A stretch of 64,000 nucleotides of DNA from Klebsormidium nitens. Taxonomy: Eukaryota; Plantae; Klebsormidiophyceae. The stretch spans positions 8,358-72,357 of the forward strand of contig DF237099.1 of the NCBI GenBank assembly GCA_000708835.1, read 5' to 3'. A model generated the notes under the pieces. It was given only the letters and a program-made list of their open reading frames with translations. It was not told where the DNA came from and did not search any database. Of this stretch, positions 12,318-25,195 are shown piece by piece; the stretch's first letter is position 1, and every line of letters starts with the position of its first letter. The translations under genes were made by a program, and so were the position numbers.

Positions 12318-15300
12318 TCATGTTTGGTTCTCATCCGGCCAGGTCAGAAAGCACTGCGCAAATCGCTGCTCCACGTCGGATGACGCTCCGCTCGGGCTTC
12401 GATGCCCCGCGGAATGTGAGCTCTGTTCTTTGGCTTCACGCACTGCCACGTCGGCCCCAGCCGTCGTTGCGTCAGGCCCACCGGCCGAGTCCCCGGGGAG
12501 CGGAACCTGCCCCGGCGGAACTTGCTGGGCGAGCCATTGATGCCACTCGGCACCGTTACCCACCGGTTCTATTCTCTCAGGGGCCTTGGGATCCTCCAAC
12601 CCGACCCATCCCGGCATGCGGTCCCCCTGCTTCAACCCCGCACCCGAGGCATTGGTCTCTTCCAACCGGTCGCCCGAGTCCCCCATATCGTCAGGAAGCT
12701 CGTTCCACCCTCCCCCCTCCGTCGCCTGTTCGCCCCCCCCCCCAACGCCCGGTTCTTCCAACCGGAGCCCTTGCATGGGGCCGACGTCGACCGGTTTTCC
12801 AGAGTGCCCCCCCATTGCTCCACCCAAAAGGCCCCCCCGGCGCGGCCGCTTGCCGCCCCCCTCGGTGTAGGGGGTTCTGATCGGGCTCGAAGCGGAGTCG
12901 GGTGTCGATGGCGAGACGAGCGACACGCTCCCGTCGGCGACGGAAGCTCCAAACCCTTCCCGGTTATCGCCCTCCTCGTAGGGAAGTACGGGGGTTCCGG
13001 ACCGGGTTAGCGTTGACAGGAACGCGATGGCAGCACGCATCTGCACGTGCTGCTCCCGCAGCTTGACAACCTGGTCGGGGTCTAACCGGGTCGGGTTAGC
13101 GGGGTCCACCGCGTTGAATTGCTTGGCCTGCTGGTCCAAGAGGCTACAAAGGTGCTCCGTGACCAGCTTGGTTAGGGCCGGGTTAGCGACGCTAGCTTTG
13201 CGCGGGGGAGAGTGCTGCCCAGACTCGGCACCGGCCCCCCATGACGCACGCGGCTCTTGGGGGGGTGGCTCATGCCCTAGATACAAGCCCCCCGGACCAC
13301 GACCCGCCGACCCGCTTTCCAAGGACTGACGCGCCGGCAGAAGTTCTTCGCAAGGGTGAGGAGTTTGCTCGGGATCTAAAGGAGTTTCGTCAGGGGGGCT
13401 AGACTGCAAAACGAAAGCCGAGGGCTCGCCCCGACTCTCGTTCTCGGAGGCGCTTCGCAGGAATTGTTTTTCCGACAGGGGGGACCCGACCGTCCACCGG
13501 AAGAAGCTGTTGTCCCCCCCAAAAAGATGAGAGTCCGTGCCGCCGAAGCCGGCCGAAGTCGGGGGGCTCCCGAAGCTCCTCAAAAGCTCCCCCCCCTCTC
13601 CCGACGCCTGGGGCTTGTGAGCTTGCACACGGGTGGCCCCCGCAGGGGGTCTCCGAATTGTGTCGCTCACTTCTTTCAGCAGCGCCGTGAAGCTTCCGTC
13701 GAGGGGGGGCGAAAACTGGGTGTTTGCAACCCCCTGGGCGACCAGCCCCTCACTAAGTGGGGCCTCAGACTCGTCCCGCCCCGCCCCTCCGCTGCTGGCT
13801 TCGCTCGCACTTTTCCCGATGGCAGCCCGCAGCCACCCCGGTTCGCTGACGTCAGCGGAGGCGTACCGCGCCAGGAGGCCGGGGGGAACCCCCGAGACCA
13901 TATCCTCCCACCGCACCCCCCCCCTCGGCAGCTGCTGTTCGGCACCCCCCCCCGGACCTGGATGCCGCGCGTTTAGAATCGCCCACTGCGCCTTCCAATC
14001 AAAGTTCTCTTCGGCACTATTCCCTGAGCCGCTGCTTCCTCCGGAAGCGTCAATCTCGTCCAACGGAAGGTCCGAAACCACCAGCCCCCCCGCCCTTGGC
14101 GAGTGCCCCTCACCCCCTTGACGCGTTTTCCTTTTCGCCGCCCCCCCCGTTGCCACAAACGCACTGCCCCGCCCCTGCTTCTGGAGCGGGATCGTCACAG
14201 GTGTTGAGCCGCCAGTTTCGGTCAGGTGGAACGCCGTCTGCTCAGGGGATCCCCCCGACCGGGAGCTGGTCCACTGCGCAAGCAGCTGCGCCTTCCAGTC
14301 GAAATGCCCGCCGCTTTCAGCCGGGCGCTCGCCACTCTCGTTCTCGCCAAAATCAATCACACCTCGATCCCTCTTTCTCGTGCTGTCCAAGCTCCCAGCT
14401 TGCGGCGAACCGCTCGATGTTGCCCGCATCCGGGGGGTCCCCACCTGGGGATCCTGAAACCCCCCTCGCTCTTGCACGGGGACGGGGGATCCCCCCCGGG
14501 GCACGTCTCCAGGCTTCGCCCACTCCGTTATCCATTGCGATATCTGGTCGAGCCGCCAGACTGTCCCCGCTGAGTGCGACCGTTTACTCGCCCCCCCAAG
14601 AGGCGTCTCTCCCCTGCCCCGCTCAGGGCTTTCGCTTCTTTGTTTCTTTAGGGGGATCACCGGCCCGTCGTTTTCTGCCCCCAGCTTGCGGGCCAGCTTT
14701 GCAGTAGGCCCCTCTTCGATCACATTATCGAGAGTGAGCGCGACGGGCGGCTTCCCATCTGAAACGATTGGCATACGTAATCTCGGCGGATCGCCGGTTT
14801 CCCCGGGGTCTTCTCCAGCCTGAGCGATTGCTATCTCTGGCCCCCCCGGAAGAGCCGTAAGTGGCAGGGGTTTGTCGGATTCCTCCATGTCAGAGGGTGC
14901 ACCTGGCTGGGAGGATATGACCCCCTTGTCGGACTCTCCCCGGTTTTCAAGGGAGGGCTTTAGAGAGGCGATGTAAGCTCGGAGAGGGGACGGCGCGAAC
15001 TTCTTTGCGCTGGTGCTTGTATCCTGCAAAAATCGTGAGGAGAGACGATGGTGAGCGAGGGGTTTGGATAGTGGGTCAGCCTACAATGCCCGTTGAACAT
15101 CGCCTCACGTTTACGTTTTGCTTCGTCCATGGGCATTGAAATGGTTAAGCACAATCGCAGTCGTTCTTTCGGGCCCGAAAACTTGCTCAGGCAGGGGTTA
15201 GCTTGCACTAACTCAAATCGGCTGTCATCAGACTCCACTCAGAATACAACCCGAAAGACGGGCAAACCCAGCCTGAAAGAAACATCATCCTGTGATGCTC

Positions 15301-18300
15301 GACTCTTGTCTGGTCTAGCCGTTCCAAATCCGAACACGCCGTAAACTCAGTGCTCAATATCGTTGACTGCTATCCAGACGCCAAACAAGGATTCCCCTGC
15401 GATTCACAAAACGAACCTGTCGAATCAAGATAAGAGTTGGTGGGTTTACTTATGAACGCCTTGGACACGCAGACTCAAAACTTGACCTGCAATGGACCCT
15501 GACTTGTGGTCACCTCCCAAAGGTCTGATCAACGAAAGGCTTCAGCAGACCCACCACTTACAAATACCTTACAAGTCCAAGTTAGAGCCAGTCGAGCAGC
15601 TTTACGCAGACTCTGGTAACCTCAGCCGACAAAACCCGACCTGGCCCGTTTACATAATCATGCTCCCTGCCGATGCATTCTGCAGATCACGAAGCACAGA
15701 TACAAAGGGAAGAAGGACACGGACAAATAAGACGGAAGGTCTGAGGACCCTCTAACAATGAGTCCTGTAGCAAGACAGGCGGAGACAGGATCCTTCCAGA
15801 GCCCTTGGGACAAAGACCTCAGAGCACTCACTTTGCATGTTCTCGCAACGCAGTTCCAGTGGTTCTTGATCGTGTTTTGGCCCCGGCCAGGGAGATGCCT
15901 CGCGAGTATTGCCCACCTAGAAAAGAAGGACGAGTTAGACAGAACCTTATATGACGACATTTGAAAGATCAACACGAGGATGACTTTGCAGCACTCTTGA
16001 GGTCCTGGGCGTCGGGGTGACACGAAAGAGAAGGAGGAGGGCAGCGTGAAGAAAAGACCGGTTACATCCTTTTGTAGACGGAGGTCGTGAAGCTGGAGAC
16101 CCTCTGGATTCCGTTGAGAAAAGACAAGGCTGAAAGATTGGGCAAGAGAAATTGACGGGAGTGTGTGTGGGGTTCGAGAATTGGGGCCACAAAATGGCCT
16201 CAGGAGGAATATGAAGAGCGGTTGTTGACTCAAATGTTTGGGGTTGAGTCATTGCATGTATGACTTGGAGTATTATCCATCTCAAACAGGAGGAGAAGTG
16301 CATCTTGGGCACCAACATGGAAGGGCCACACGAACTCAAGGGCATGGCCATGAAGCAGTTCTTCCTTCTTTCCCAAACTTTTCAGTCTTCCCACTCAGTA
16401 GCGTAAAGCAGAAACTCCCAACTCTCCTTACACGAATTGAAGCTCAGCTGGGCATGTTGCAACACAGTTCAAGAACACGATACACCTGATCTTGAGCAAA
16501 AATAGAGACGGTGCCCTCACCGGCAGCCAAAGCGCTTATGAAGCTCCACCATGCATCGGTCCTCCTCGGCCGTCCATTCCTTCTGCAACGAGTAGAGAGG
16601 CAAAATGAGACATGCGTTGGGCAAAAGAGAGACACCAAAGGAGGACAAGCTGGATTCCTTCTGGATCTAAAAAAAGGATGTCCTTTGCGCTGAAACGAAA
16701 TTGGAAGAGGCATTCTGGTACAGCGAAGGTCTGGGTGAGCATTCGCGAAAGTAGATGACAAACCTGAAAGACATCGAGAATACCGAGGGCTCAAGTATTC
16801 TCAAAAACCAAGACAATGGATGTAAGAAGAGAGGCAGCAAAGAAAGAGGGAAGTGGCAAAGCCTTTTCCGGCTTTGAGGATCAGAGCGTTACATATTCAC
16901 ATGAAGGCAGCTATTGTTGGGAAAAGAAAGCCAGCAAGCAACTACAGTAGTTTGAAGACTTTTTGTAATGGAAGGTGTTCCAGCTGGTTGCATTGTTGCA
17001 CGGCTCCAGAAGTGCTGGGAAACAGGGCTGGGACCACTTCCAAAGGTTGCACTTACTCGTTCATATTATATTTGGGTTGTTGGTGTGTCTGAACAGATTC
17101 GCTTTGTGCCACCTTGCATCTTATTCTTGTGGATTTCTTGCTCCAGAAAGATAGCTCTAGCACCCTTTAAACTGCGTGCACGTTTTGCTCTTTTCCCCCT
17201 CGCTTCCCCTCTCCTGACTCAGTGGGTATGCAATTGCCATGTACCAAGCAATTCTTCAACAAGGCTGAATTAAGAGCTTGCAGCAGCGGAACAGAAACCT
17301 TCAATGCCAAGAAGGGGGCAACAGCTTGAAAGCTCATGGTCAGCATGCAGGTAAGAAGCCGGATTCAAGCCCACCTAGAGGGTCAAAGTCAGACTTTCTG
17401 GAAAAAAACTTCCACTCTGAAATAACGTCTGCACAACTTCCAGCCTCCAGGCGCAGCTGCTAGATTTGAAATTTGGGACTCTGAGAGTCGACATGCAATG
17501 CATTGAAAAGGCAAGATTCGTATTTTCAGTCAGTGATGCAACATCTTCAGAATGTGAAACTTTTGACTTCAAAGTTTTAAGCCATAACAAATATGTGGAC
17601 ATCTAGAGACCCCTCAAACTCCGCAAACTACCGGTACTTCCGGTATTAATATGCCGTTTCCAGCTAGAAAGCCGGTCACCTGTGACCTGTCAAATTGCCT
17701 GCCATCGTGGAGCGACGATGGAAATGGTGGCAGTGCATCATGTCCCTGTTCTTTTGATTGAGGCACCGCAGGACTAGCTACCGTTCTGCAAGGTAGGTAC
17801 TCCGAGTCTGTGCAACGCGTCCATCATTGCTTGGGTTCCATTTGTGACGTCACCACCTGATCGGCTGGAGACTTCGAACTTGGATCCCAGAGTTCTGGAG
17901 TCTGGACCCCATACTCCAGAGTCCAGACCCCACTCAGCACTGCCCAGACTCTGGAGTCTGGACCCCGAATAAAGTAAAGGCTTATAGCGTATGTTGGCGA
18001 CTCCAGTTGTAACGGTAGCCTGACAGTAGTAAGTACGCCCGTTCTTAAACCTAGTAAAGTACGAAATTCAGTACCGTATCACCAATCACAACTCACCAGT
18101 GTGCCCACTGCCCAGGTCTTAATGTTGTGAATAGGTAGGTACCGACCTTGTACACTAGGTACCTATTACCTAGGTAGGTACCTTCCGTGTACCACTGTAC
18201 ATGAGTACCCGCCGCGCCGCCGACGGAGCGCGTGCTGAAAGTCCGATTACTGTCAGAATTTTGCTGGATAACACATTAATTCTCCGTACCCCTTCTAAAA

Positions 18301-21300
18301 GTACGGAAAATGTACACATCCCGGAGTTCTGCACACGAGATTACCATACCGGTAGTACCGTAGTACGGTACCCAGGGATTGCGAACTGCGCTTGTGACTG
18401 TACCATCCAATCACAGTAACGAGTACCGTACTAATGTCCAAATTCCAACTTGAAATACCGTACCTACCCCCTTGTTATTGTACAGTACTCAATCCTGTAG
18501 GGTAATACCGTACTGCCATTCCCATTAGAAGTAAAATAATTATCTTGAGCCCACTGCGGAAAAAAAAATAAACTAACTTTCGACCGAGGTGCGAAAATGC
18601 GAAATAAGAAATCAATTGCAAAATGCAATTTCCTGGCGGTTTTGAGTGGTAAAAAACGAAAAAACGGTCTTTTGCGAAAATTTTGAAAATTCGTCGAAGC
18701 CGGTGCGAAAACAAAAAACTTTCGAAAATAAATATTCGCACCAGCTTGGTGCGAATGGGAATGGCAGTACGGTACCGTATACCTATGCCGACGTCACTCG
18801 ACCACTGCACTCCGGACAGGGGTCAAAGAAGATGCTCGACACTGACAACTTGACACTGGTGAAAAGTGACCAACATTCGGATACCGAGGACCTAGGACTA
18901 GGTTTTACCTTCTTCGTGGATCCAAATAAGATAGAGTCCTCATCCAAAGTCAGACGTGAGTGAGTACGAATTGTCTGCCGTTGATAGTACCTTATTTAGG
19001 TAAGTGGAAGCTGAAGCTCAAACAGATTGACGTCTTGCCTGGCGCACTGCTCTTTTCGCCACGCAAACCTCAACTTTACTGATCAGACATGGACCAGTCA
19101 GTGGAAGAGTCTTCTGTTGGTGACATGAAGTGACGTAGAAGAAGACAAAGCCTCGGCACAAGCTGCAATCCTCCTCAAAAGCGCAACTTCTGGCCATGCC
19201 TTCTGTTGGCCGGCACCACTATTCTCAGACACAGACCTTGGACAGGTGGCTGAGACTTTCCTGATCAAACCCAGAATCCCAAGCTTGCGATCATCGTGGA
19301 GAGGCCGGACAAGGTGGGACCAAGCAGCTGGAGGAACGCGGGCGAGGCGTTCCTTCCACGTGACCAGCTGCAACTGTTTTACAACCAAGTCTGAAGGGAC
19401 ATGGTCTCTTCTCAAGGCTATAGCAACCAATTTGGACAAAAAGGACAGAAAGTTTTGGACCGCATTTCCGTATGATTGAGAACGTGAAATAGCGCACTCC
19501 GTTGCAGTGAGTTACTGAAAAGGAGTACGTGAAGCTCCAGGATCCGTAGTGAGAAAAGAAACCCTTCATGAAGGCGGAAGTTTCCAAGAGATATAAGACC
19601 TAGCAAACGACGACTGGCTTGGTGGTCGGACAGTAAAGACTGGCCCGAATCAGTTCGATTTCCATGGCAGATCACAGCGACGCGAAAACGACTTCCGTCC
19701 GGTTTCCATCGCAGATCATAGCGACGGAAAAACGACTTCCGAATGTGTGTGGCAATGATGCACTTGCCCAAAAAGCGTCTGTATCATCCGACATACAGAG
19801 CAGTCAGACTCTTGCACGGAATGTGCAACTCATAACCGAAGAATCAAACCCCGGAAATAGAAGCACTCGTCTCCAAGTGCAATGGATAGAAAAGGAAGCA
19901 CGTGGAAGAACTCCTTGAGTCTAGTGATCGAACAGAGATTGTTGTTCGAGTCCGTCTCAGCAATCAACAATACAGGTGCTGTAGAACCAGCACACACTCC
20001 CGCTTTCAGATGACAAAAGACTAACATCCAGTGAAAGCGACAATGGAAGCGCCCCCCTAAGCTTCAGCTTTCAACTCAGTCCCCCACTTTGATCTCGAGG
20101 TGTGTGACTGGTTAGCCAGGCGTCCTTCAACCAGATTCTCATTTCAAGCCCGGGAGATAAGTTTTCAATCTAGCTTTCCGTTGCAAAGCCGTAACTGAGA
20201 AGGGCGTTTACTCCGCTCCTGATCAAAGCTCACCCAACCGTGCAAAAAGTACGGTGCTGATCTTCAGCGAGCGCCCTTCAGTATGTAATGGACGCTTTCT
20301 AAATTGATTCCGTCACTTTGTGATGTGGGTAGTTAGAAGCAGCGTTGAATGAGAAGGAAAGTCTAGTTACGAGTTTGACGCCCTGAGACTACGGGCAAAT
20401 CGCGGGAAGAATGCGGGAAGGACAGGAAGATAGGAAGAACACAAACGGGTCGAGACACACGAGGGTAGGATGGGACGTTATTTAGACCACCACGTTCCAC
20501 TCACCGCACTCAGCTCCGGATCAAGCGCGTTGTAGAAGCGGTTGCGACACTGCTTCCCAGTCCGCCCCAGCATGCGTCCCACGCGCGCCCACCCCGCCTT
20601 CCCGTTCTCCTTGACAAAATTCAACAGTACGACGTCCTCCTTCTGCACACGAAACCACGGGTCAGCCAGGGGCAAAAGCGTTTGCAGACAATTCGACGCA
20701 TTCACTCCCCTGTCAACCACCCCGGAATCACGTCCCGAATGTCGTCTTTCATAACTGCACTCAGGAAAGCTTCAAAACCAGTCAGAAGAGAAGGGTTATA
20801 TGATAACATAGCAGACTGCAGTTTTTGATTCAAGTGGCCAAAGTATCAGCGCTGACCCGCCCACTAGCTCCTCTGTAAGCCGTCACAAGCCCCTTGCTTG
20901 CAGGTGACACGCGCAAAGGTTGTAAATCAGCAGCACTCTGAATAATATCCATGTGGTCCATCCTTAGCAGCTCGATGGACACTCTATGCTGATTACAAGG
21001 ACCTATCTGATAGATACGATGGTTGCGCCCCGCATCTTGCATGCTTCTTTACAACGTACTATCGAGTACTGTTTGTCATGCAATTGTTAATTCCTGTACT
21101 TTATCTCTATCACCATTCAACAATCCGACTCGATGAGTCAGCCCGTTAAACATTCGCTGCCTGTGTATCGTAGCCTTGTTGATCGGTGAACCGCTTAAGC
21201 CAGCAAAATCAACATAAAGTTGCCGACGCAGGTTTTCCGAGGACAAAGAAGAGTTTTCACACACACGTCTGCCATTCTTTGACACTCATAAGACATCTTG

Positions 21301-22529
21301 CTAGGGTTGCCTCCCGTCTCCTTGTATAGCTCCAAAGGGAGTCAGACGCATCGATTGCCCCTCTCGGATTGCTCGAGGCAGCGATCACGGCATAACCTCT
21401 TGGGAACATACCTTGGACCACTTTGGCAATGGCCGCATTTCACCCGCCTTGCCCCCATCGGAGCCGCTGCCCGGATCGAGGGTCCCAGATTCCTACAGGG
21501 TCAAGCGTTTGGCTTAGCTGAAACAATCAGACAACTGATCTAACCAAGGCTGGCAAATCAAGCGAACTCCTTGCTTGAGAGGCTGCTTCAGAAAGCTGGA
21601 TTCATTGTTGGTTCTGAGGACGTGATGTCTAAAATGACATATGTCTAGAAAGACGCGTGACTGAGTATGCACATTCGAGTTGGAGTGTGCCCACCCGGAT
21701 CAGAGTCAATCCGAGCAACCTTGTCATATACTTCAAGAGTAATATGTCAATTTTCCTGGTGCGCTTAGAGATGACAGACCCTCTGAAGCCATCACTCCTG
21801 GTTCCTATTACAACTAATATTGTTCCAGCTGGTGTTCAGCAAACAACTATGCTTGCAACAAAACCTATGCCTGCAAGAGCACTTCAACCTGCAATCGATG
21901 CATCTCAGTCCCAGTCTCATTGCCATACTGAATGTGGACCATTGGTGTACAATATTCCCAGTCATTCCCTCCTCCAAACAGCAGGGATGAGGTTGAAAGT
22001 TGGTCACACATTTTGACTTGCACGCTGCTTTTTCATTCAATCTCTTCACCCCCATTCTTGAACTTCAGGCTTTTACAAACCCCCAATGACCCCAGTATGC
22101 TCATTGAACTCCTTCTCGTGGTTTTATTTTCCCAGCAGACTTCTGGCAGTCATCAATAAGAAGCGGATGACGCATCGTGAGCTTGCAAAAACAAAATGCG
22201 AGCATCCAACTCAGGCTGCTCACTCTTAAACTACAGGTGCACTACCAGTACTGCAACATCTAATTCACTTTACAGGAAACGAAAAATGAGGCTGCTCAAA
22301 ACGTCAAGTGAAAAGCGCCAGGCATTCAGCGGCTTACCCTTGCTGCTTTATCCCGGAACTTGTGGCCGTTGTGCGGTTTCTGCTTCCAGCCCTCCCCTTG
22401 GTTGCCAGGCGCCGTGAACCCCTTTCCGCCTGCTAGCTCTGGGGATGGCTCCTCAAACCCAATGATGCAGATGGGATTCTCTATGGCATCTTCAGGGGCC
22501 GACTCGACGATAGGGACTGAGGACTCCAT
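12318..22529 (-). CDS. R2R3-MYB transcription factor (~1,087 aa) with a ~900-aa low-complexity C-terminal exon. Exons 22338-22529, 21412-21492, 20505-20642, 16521-16582, 15832-15916, 12318-15023; further 5' exons possible
   Basis: Spliced product reads PKWSK-KEDVVLLNFVKENGKAGWARVGRMLGRTGKQCRNRFYNALDPELSA-KEWTAEEDRCMVELHKRFGC-RWAILARHLPGRGQNTIKNHWNCVAR, i.e. two Myb repeats. All junctions are GT-AG and in phase. An acceptor-like TTTCAG lies upstream of the 22529 ATG, so the start is uncertain. Confidence 0.88.
18032..18513. repeat. GTAC-dense low-complexity tract in MYB intron 3
   Basis: I counted 23 GTAC tetramers in ~480 nt (about 2 expected at 1/256), with recurring GGTAGGTACC and TACCGTAC words. 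Confidence 0.8.
18506..18774. mobile_element. MITE-like non-autonomous element (~269 nt), TA-bounded, in MYB intron 3
   Basis: Perfect 21-nt inverted termini TACCGTACTGCCATTCCCATT (18506-18526) / AATGGGAATGGCAGTACGGTA (18754-18774). A-rich interior with repeated GTGCGAA and an internal hairpin ATTCGCACCA-gct-TGGTGCGAAT. No ORF. Confidence 0.7.
19659..19741. repeat. 44-nt-period direct duplication in MYB intron 3
   Basis: TTTCCATGGCAGATCACAGCGACGCGAAAACGACTTCCG versus TTTCCATCGCAGATCATAGCGACGGAAAAACGACTTCCG. Confidence 0.75.
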
Positions 22530-23963
22530 GTAGGAACACAGAGAGGCACCCGCGCAGGCTGAAATCTGGGACCTAACCAAGGTGATTCATGACCAAGAAC
22601 CGTGTCCTGATCAGAGTGGTTGGAGAAGCCTAGGAAGTGGTGTTTGGGTACCGCTCAATGGAAAGAAGCTTGGGGCCTGCAAGAAGGGTGTTATGTTGTG
22701 AAAACCCAAGATGAGCTGCCTCCTTGTGTGGTAAATGGTTCAAGGTGGCGGGCCATGCTGAGGAAGCCATTGACAAGCTGCTAAGATTCCCTTATCTGCT
22801 TGAAAAGGTGGCCAAACAATTGCAAAGACAGAAAAAGACTTAGAAGGGAAAAGGTTTAATATGAAATCATGCTTTTTCCAAGATGTCACAGCAGGCCACA
22901 TCTCTCATACATTACACAGTTTTCCAATGGAAGAGGAAAACTAAGTATGATAAAATGCCACCTTCGTAAGTTGTCGAGGCAATCTTTAATTCGATCAGGA
23001 CGTTCATTGAGTTGGTCAGCTGCAACGCCACTTCTCGATTCTCATTCTTTCCATCCGTGGAAAGACATGAGCAGTCAAGCAAACAATCTAATATCTGAGC
23101 AACCGCCTTGACAATATCCCTTTAGCTCTCGCAGTCTTGTAAAGCTTAGGAACCAAGACAACCACCCTCATGATGATGGCAGGTGAGACTCTTTCATTCA
23201 AAACCAGCAAAAAGCTCACGTTGAGAAGGTCAAATTCAGATCACAGAGGCCTTTTCGCTCCTGATTGCCAGAGGGCGCTAGATTTCCTCATGCAATTCCT
23301 CAAATCTGGCCAGGCGGATGCAAGACTGACCTCAAGAAACCACTGTTAAATTCCGTGAACCCTCCCCTCGAAGTACGAAGCTTCAGGTAGTCCGCAATAT
23401 TGCTACGATGCAACTTATTTTCGGCAGGGGAATCTTTCCCCTTCTAGCTCCATCTTATGCTTGTGGCATTCCGCAGCCAGGGCGTCACATCAGCATATTC
23501 CAGCCCTTTTACAGCCATTTTGCAGAGCTTCGCAAACTTCCTGCTCACCTCTAGCTACAATATTTAAGTTCTCTGCAGCATTCCGTGCATGCACATTCAC
23601 CGCTGAAAAAAGCCGATGCTTTTTGCATGATGATGATGGCCGTATTCAACTAGTGACTCAATCCCTCTCGGATCTTGTGAAGAATCGGCTTTGGAGTAGA
23701 TGACGTCAACGTCTCTGCAGGATGGAGAAATCTTACGTCTTCGGCAGCTCTTCTCCGACGGGCTTGAAGCTCTATATAAGTCTAGGTTTAAAATTAAAAG
23801 GCTACATCTGTTGGTTCATGGTTCAATCTTATGCTAAGAGATCTGCTTGCTTCTGCTCCTCCTCCTCACCATGCACGGTCTGCTTCCAAACCACAATGCG
23901 TACCTACAGGCTACATGTGCAAAGCGCTTTTGGACGTCTGACTTTAATTACGACCTAGGTATT

Positions 23964-24800
23964 NNNNNNNNNNNNNNNNNNNNNNNNNNNNNNNNNNNNN
24001 NNNNNNNNNNNNNNNNNNNNNNNNNNNNNNNNNNNNNNNNNNNNNNNNNNNNNNNNNNNNNNNNNNNNNNNNNNNNNNNNNNNNNNNNNNNNNNNNNNNN
24101 NNNNNNNNNNNNNNNNNNNNNNNNNNNNNNNNNNNNNNNNNNNNNNNNNNNNNNNNNNNNNNNNNNNNNNNNNNNNNNNNNNNNNNNNNNNNNNNNNNNN
24201 NNNNNNNNNNNNNNNNNNNNNNNNNNNNNNNNNNNNNNNNNNNNNNNNNNNNNNNNNNNNNNNNNNNNNNNNNNNNNNNNNNNNNNNNNNNNNNNNNNNN
24301 NNNNNNNNNNNNNNNNNNNNNNNNNNNNNNNNNNNNNNNNNNNNNNNNNNNNNNNNNNNNNNNNNNNNNNNNNNNNNNNNNNNNNNNNNNNNNNNNNNNN
24401 NNNNNNNNNNNNNNNNNNNNNNNNNNNNNNNNNNNNNNNNNNNNNNNNNNNNNNNNNNNNNNNNNNNNNNNNNNNNNNNNNNNNNNNNNNNNNNNNNNNN
24501 NNNNNNNNNNNNNNNNNNNNNNNNNNNNNNNNNNNNNNNNNNNNNNNNNNNNNNNNNNNNNNNNNNNNNNNNNNNNNNNNNNNNNNNNNNNNNNNNNNNN
24601 NNNNNNNNNNNNNNNNNNNNNNNNNNNNNNNNNNNNNNNNNNNNNNNNNNNNNNNNNNNNNNNNNNNNNNNNNNNNNNNNNNNNNNNNNNNNNNNNNNNN
24701 NNNNNNNNNNNNNNNNNNNNNNNNNNNNNNNNNNNNNNNNNNNNNNNNNNNNNNNNNNNNNNNNNNNNNNNNNNNNNNNNNNNNNNNNNNNNNNNNNNNN
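23964..24800. other. Assembly gap (837 N)
   Basis: Run of N. The ORF-track entries spanning it are artefacts. Confidence 0.99.
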
Positions 24801-25195
24801 GGCGGGGGGGGCGGCGCAGCCGAGGCCCCCCAGGGGTCCTGGCAAGGGGCAACTTCCGAAAATGGTCGATTTAAATATGGGGGGGTACCACTTACAAAAT
24901 GACGGTACCCTTACCTAGGACTCGTCCCTAGATCACGGCTACAACTTCTGGCTACGTGACAACAGTTGTCAGAGACACCTGGCACAATGACGGCACAATA
25001 GTCGGTGACGGAGCATACCGTATACCCGTACAACCAACTTGAAGGTAGGTAGGTACCTACCGTATGCATACCTATGTACCGTGACTCCAAATGCCTAAAA
25101 ATGCAATATATTTAGGTAGCAGATGCGAGCCCAAATGATGTATTATATTATCTCGAAAATTCTGTGAACCTGAAAAGGAAGCTGAGAGAGCCTCA

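Noticed and set aside
12170-14707. Many plus-strand and alternative-frame ORFs (up to 236 aa)
   Set aside because: GC-rich shadows of the 903-aa minus-strand MYB exon, with no domains or splice support.
23400-23720. Candidate extra 5' MYB exon (DVDVIYSKADSSQDPRGIESLVEYGHHHHAKSIGFFQR)
   Set aside because: It has plausible splice sites, but I could not join it in phase to the downstream exons, so it is left out of the model.
23847-24902. ORF-track entries of 296-351 aa
   Set aside because: They are made almost entirely of X from the N gap.
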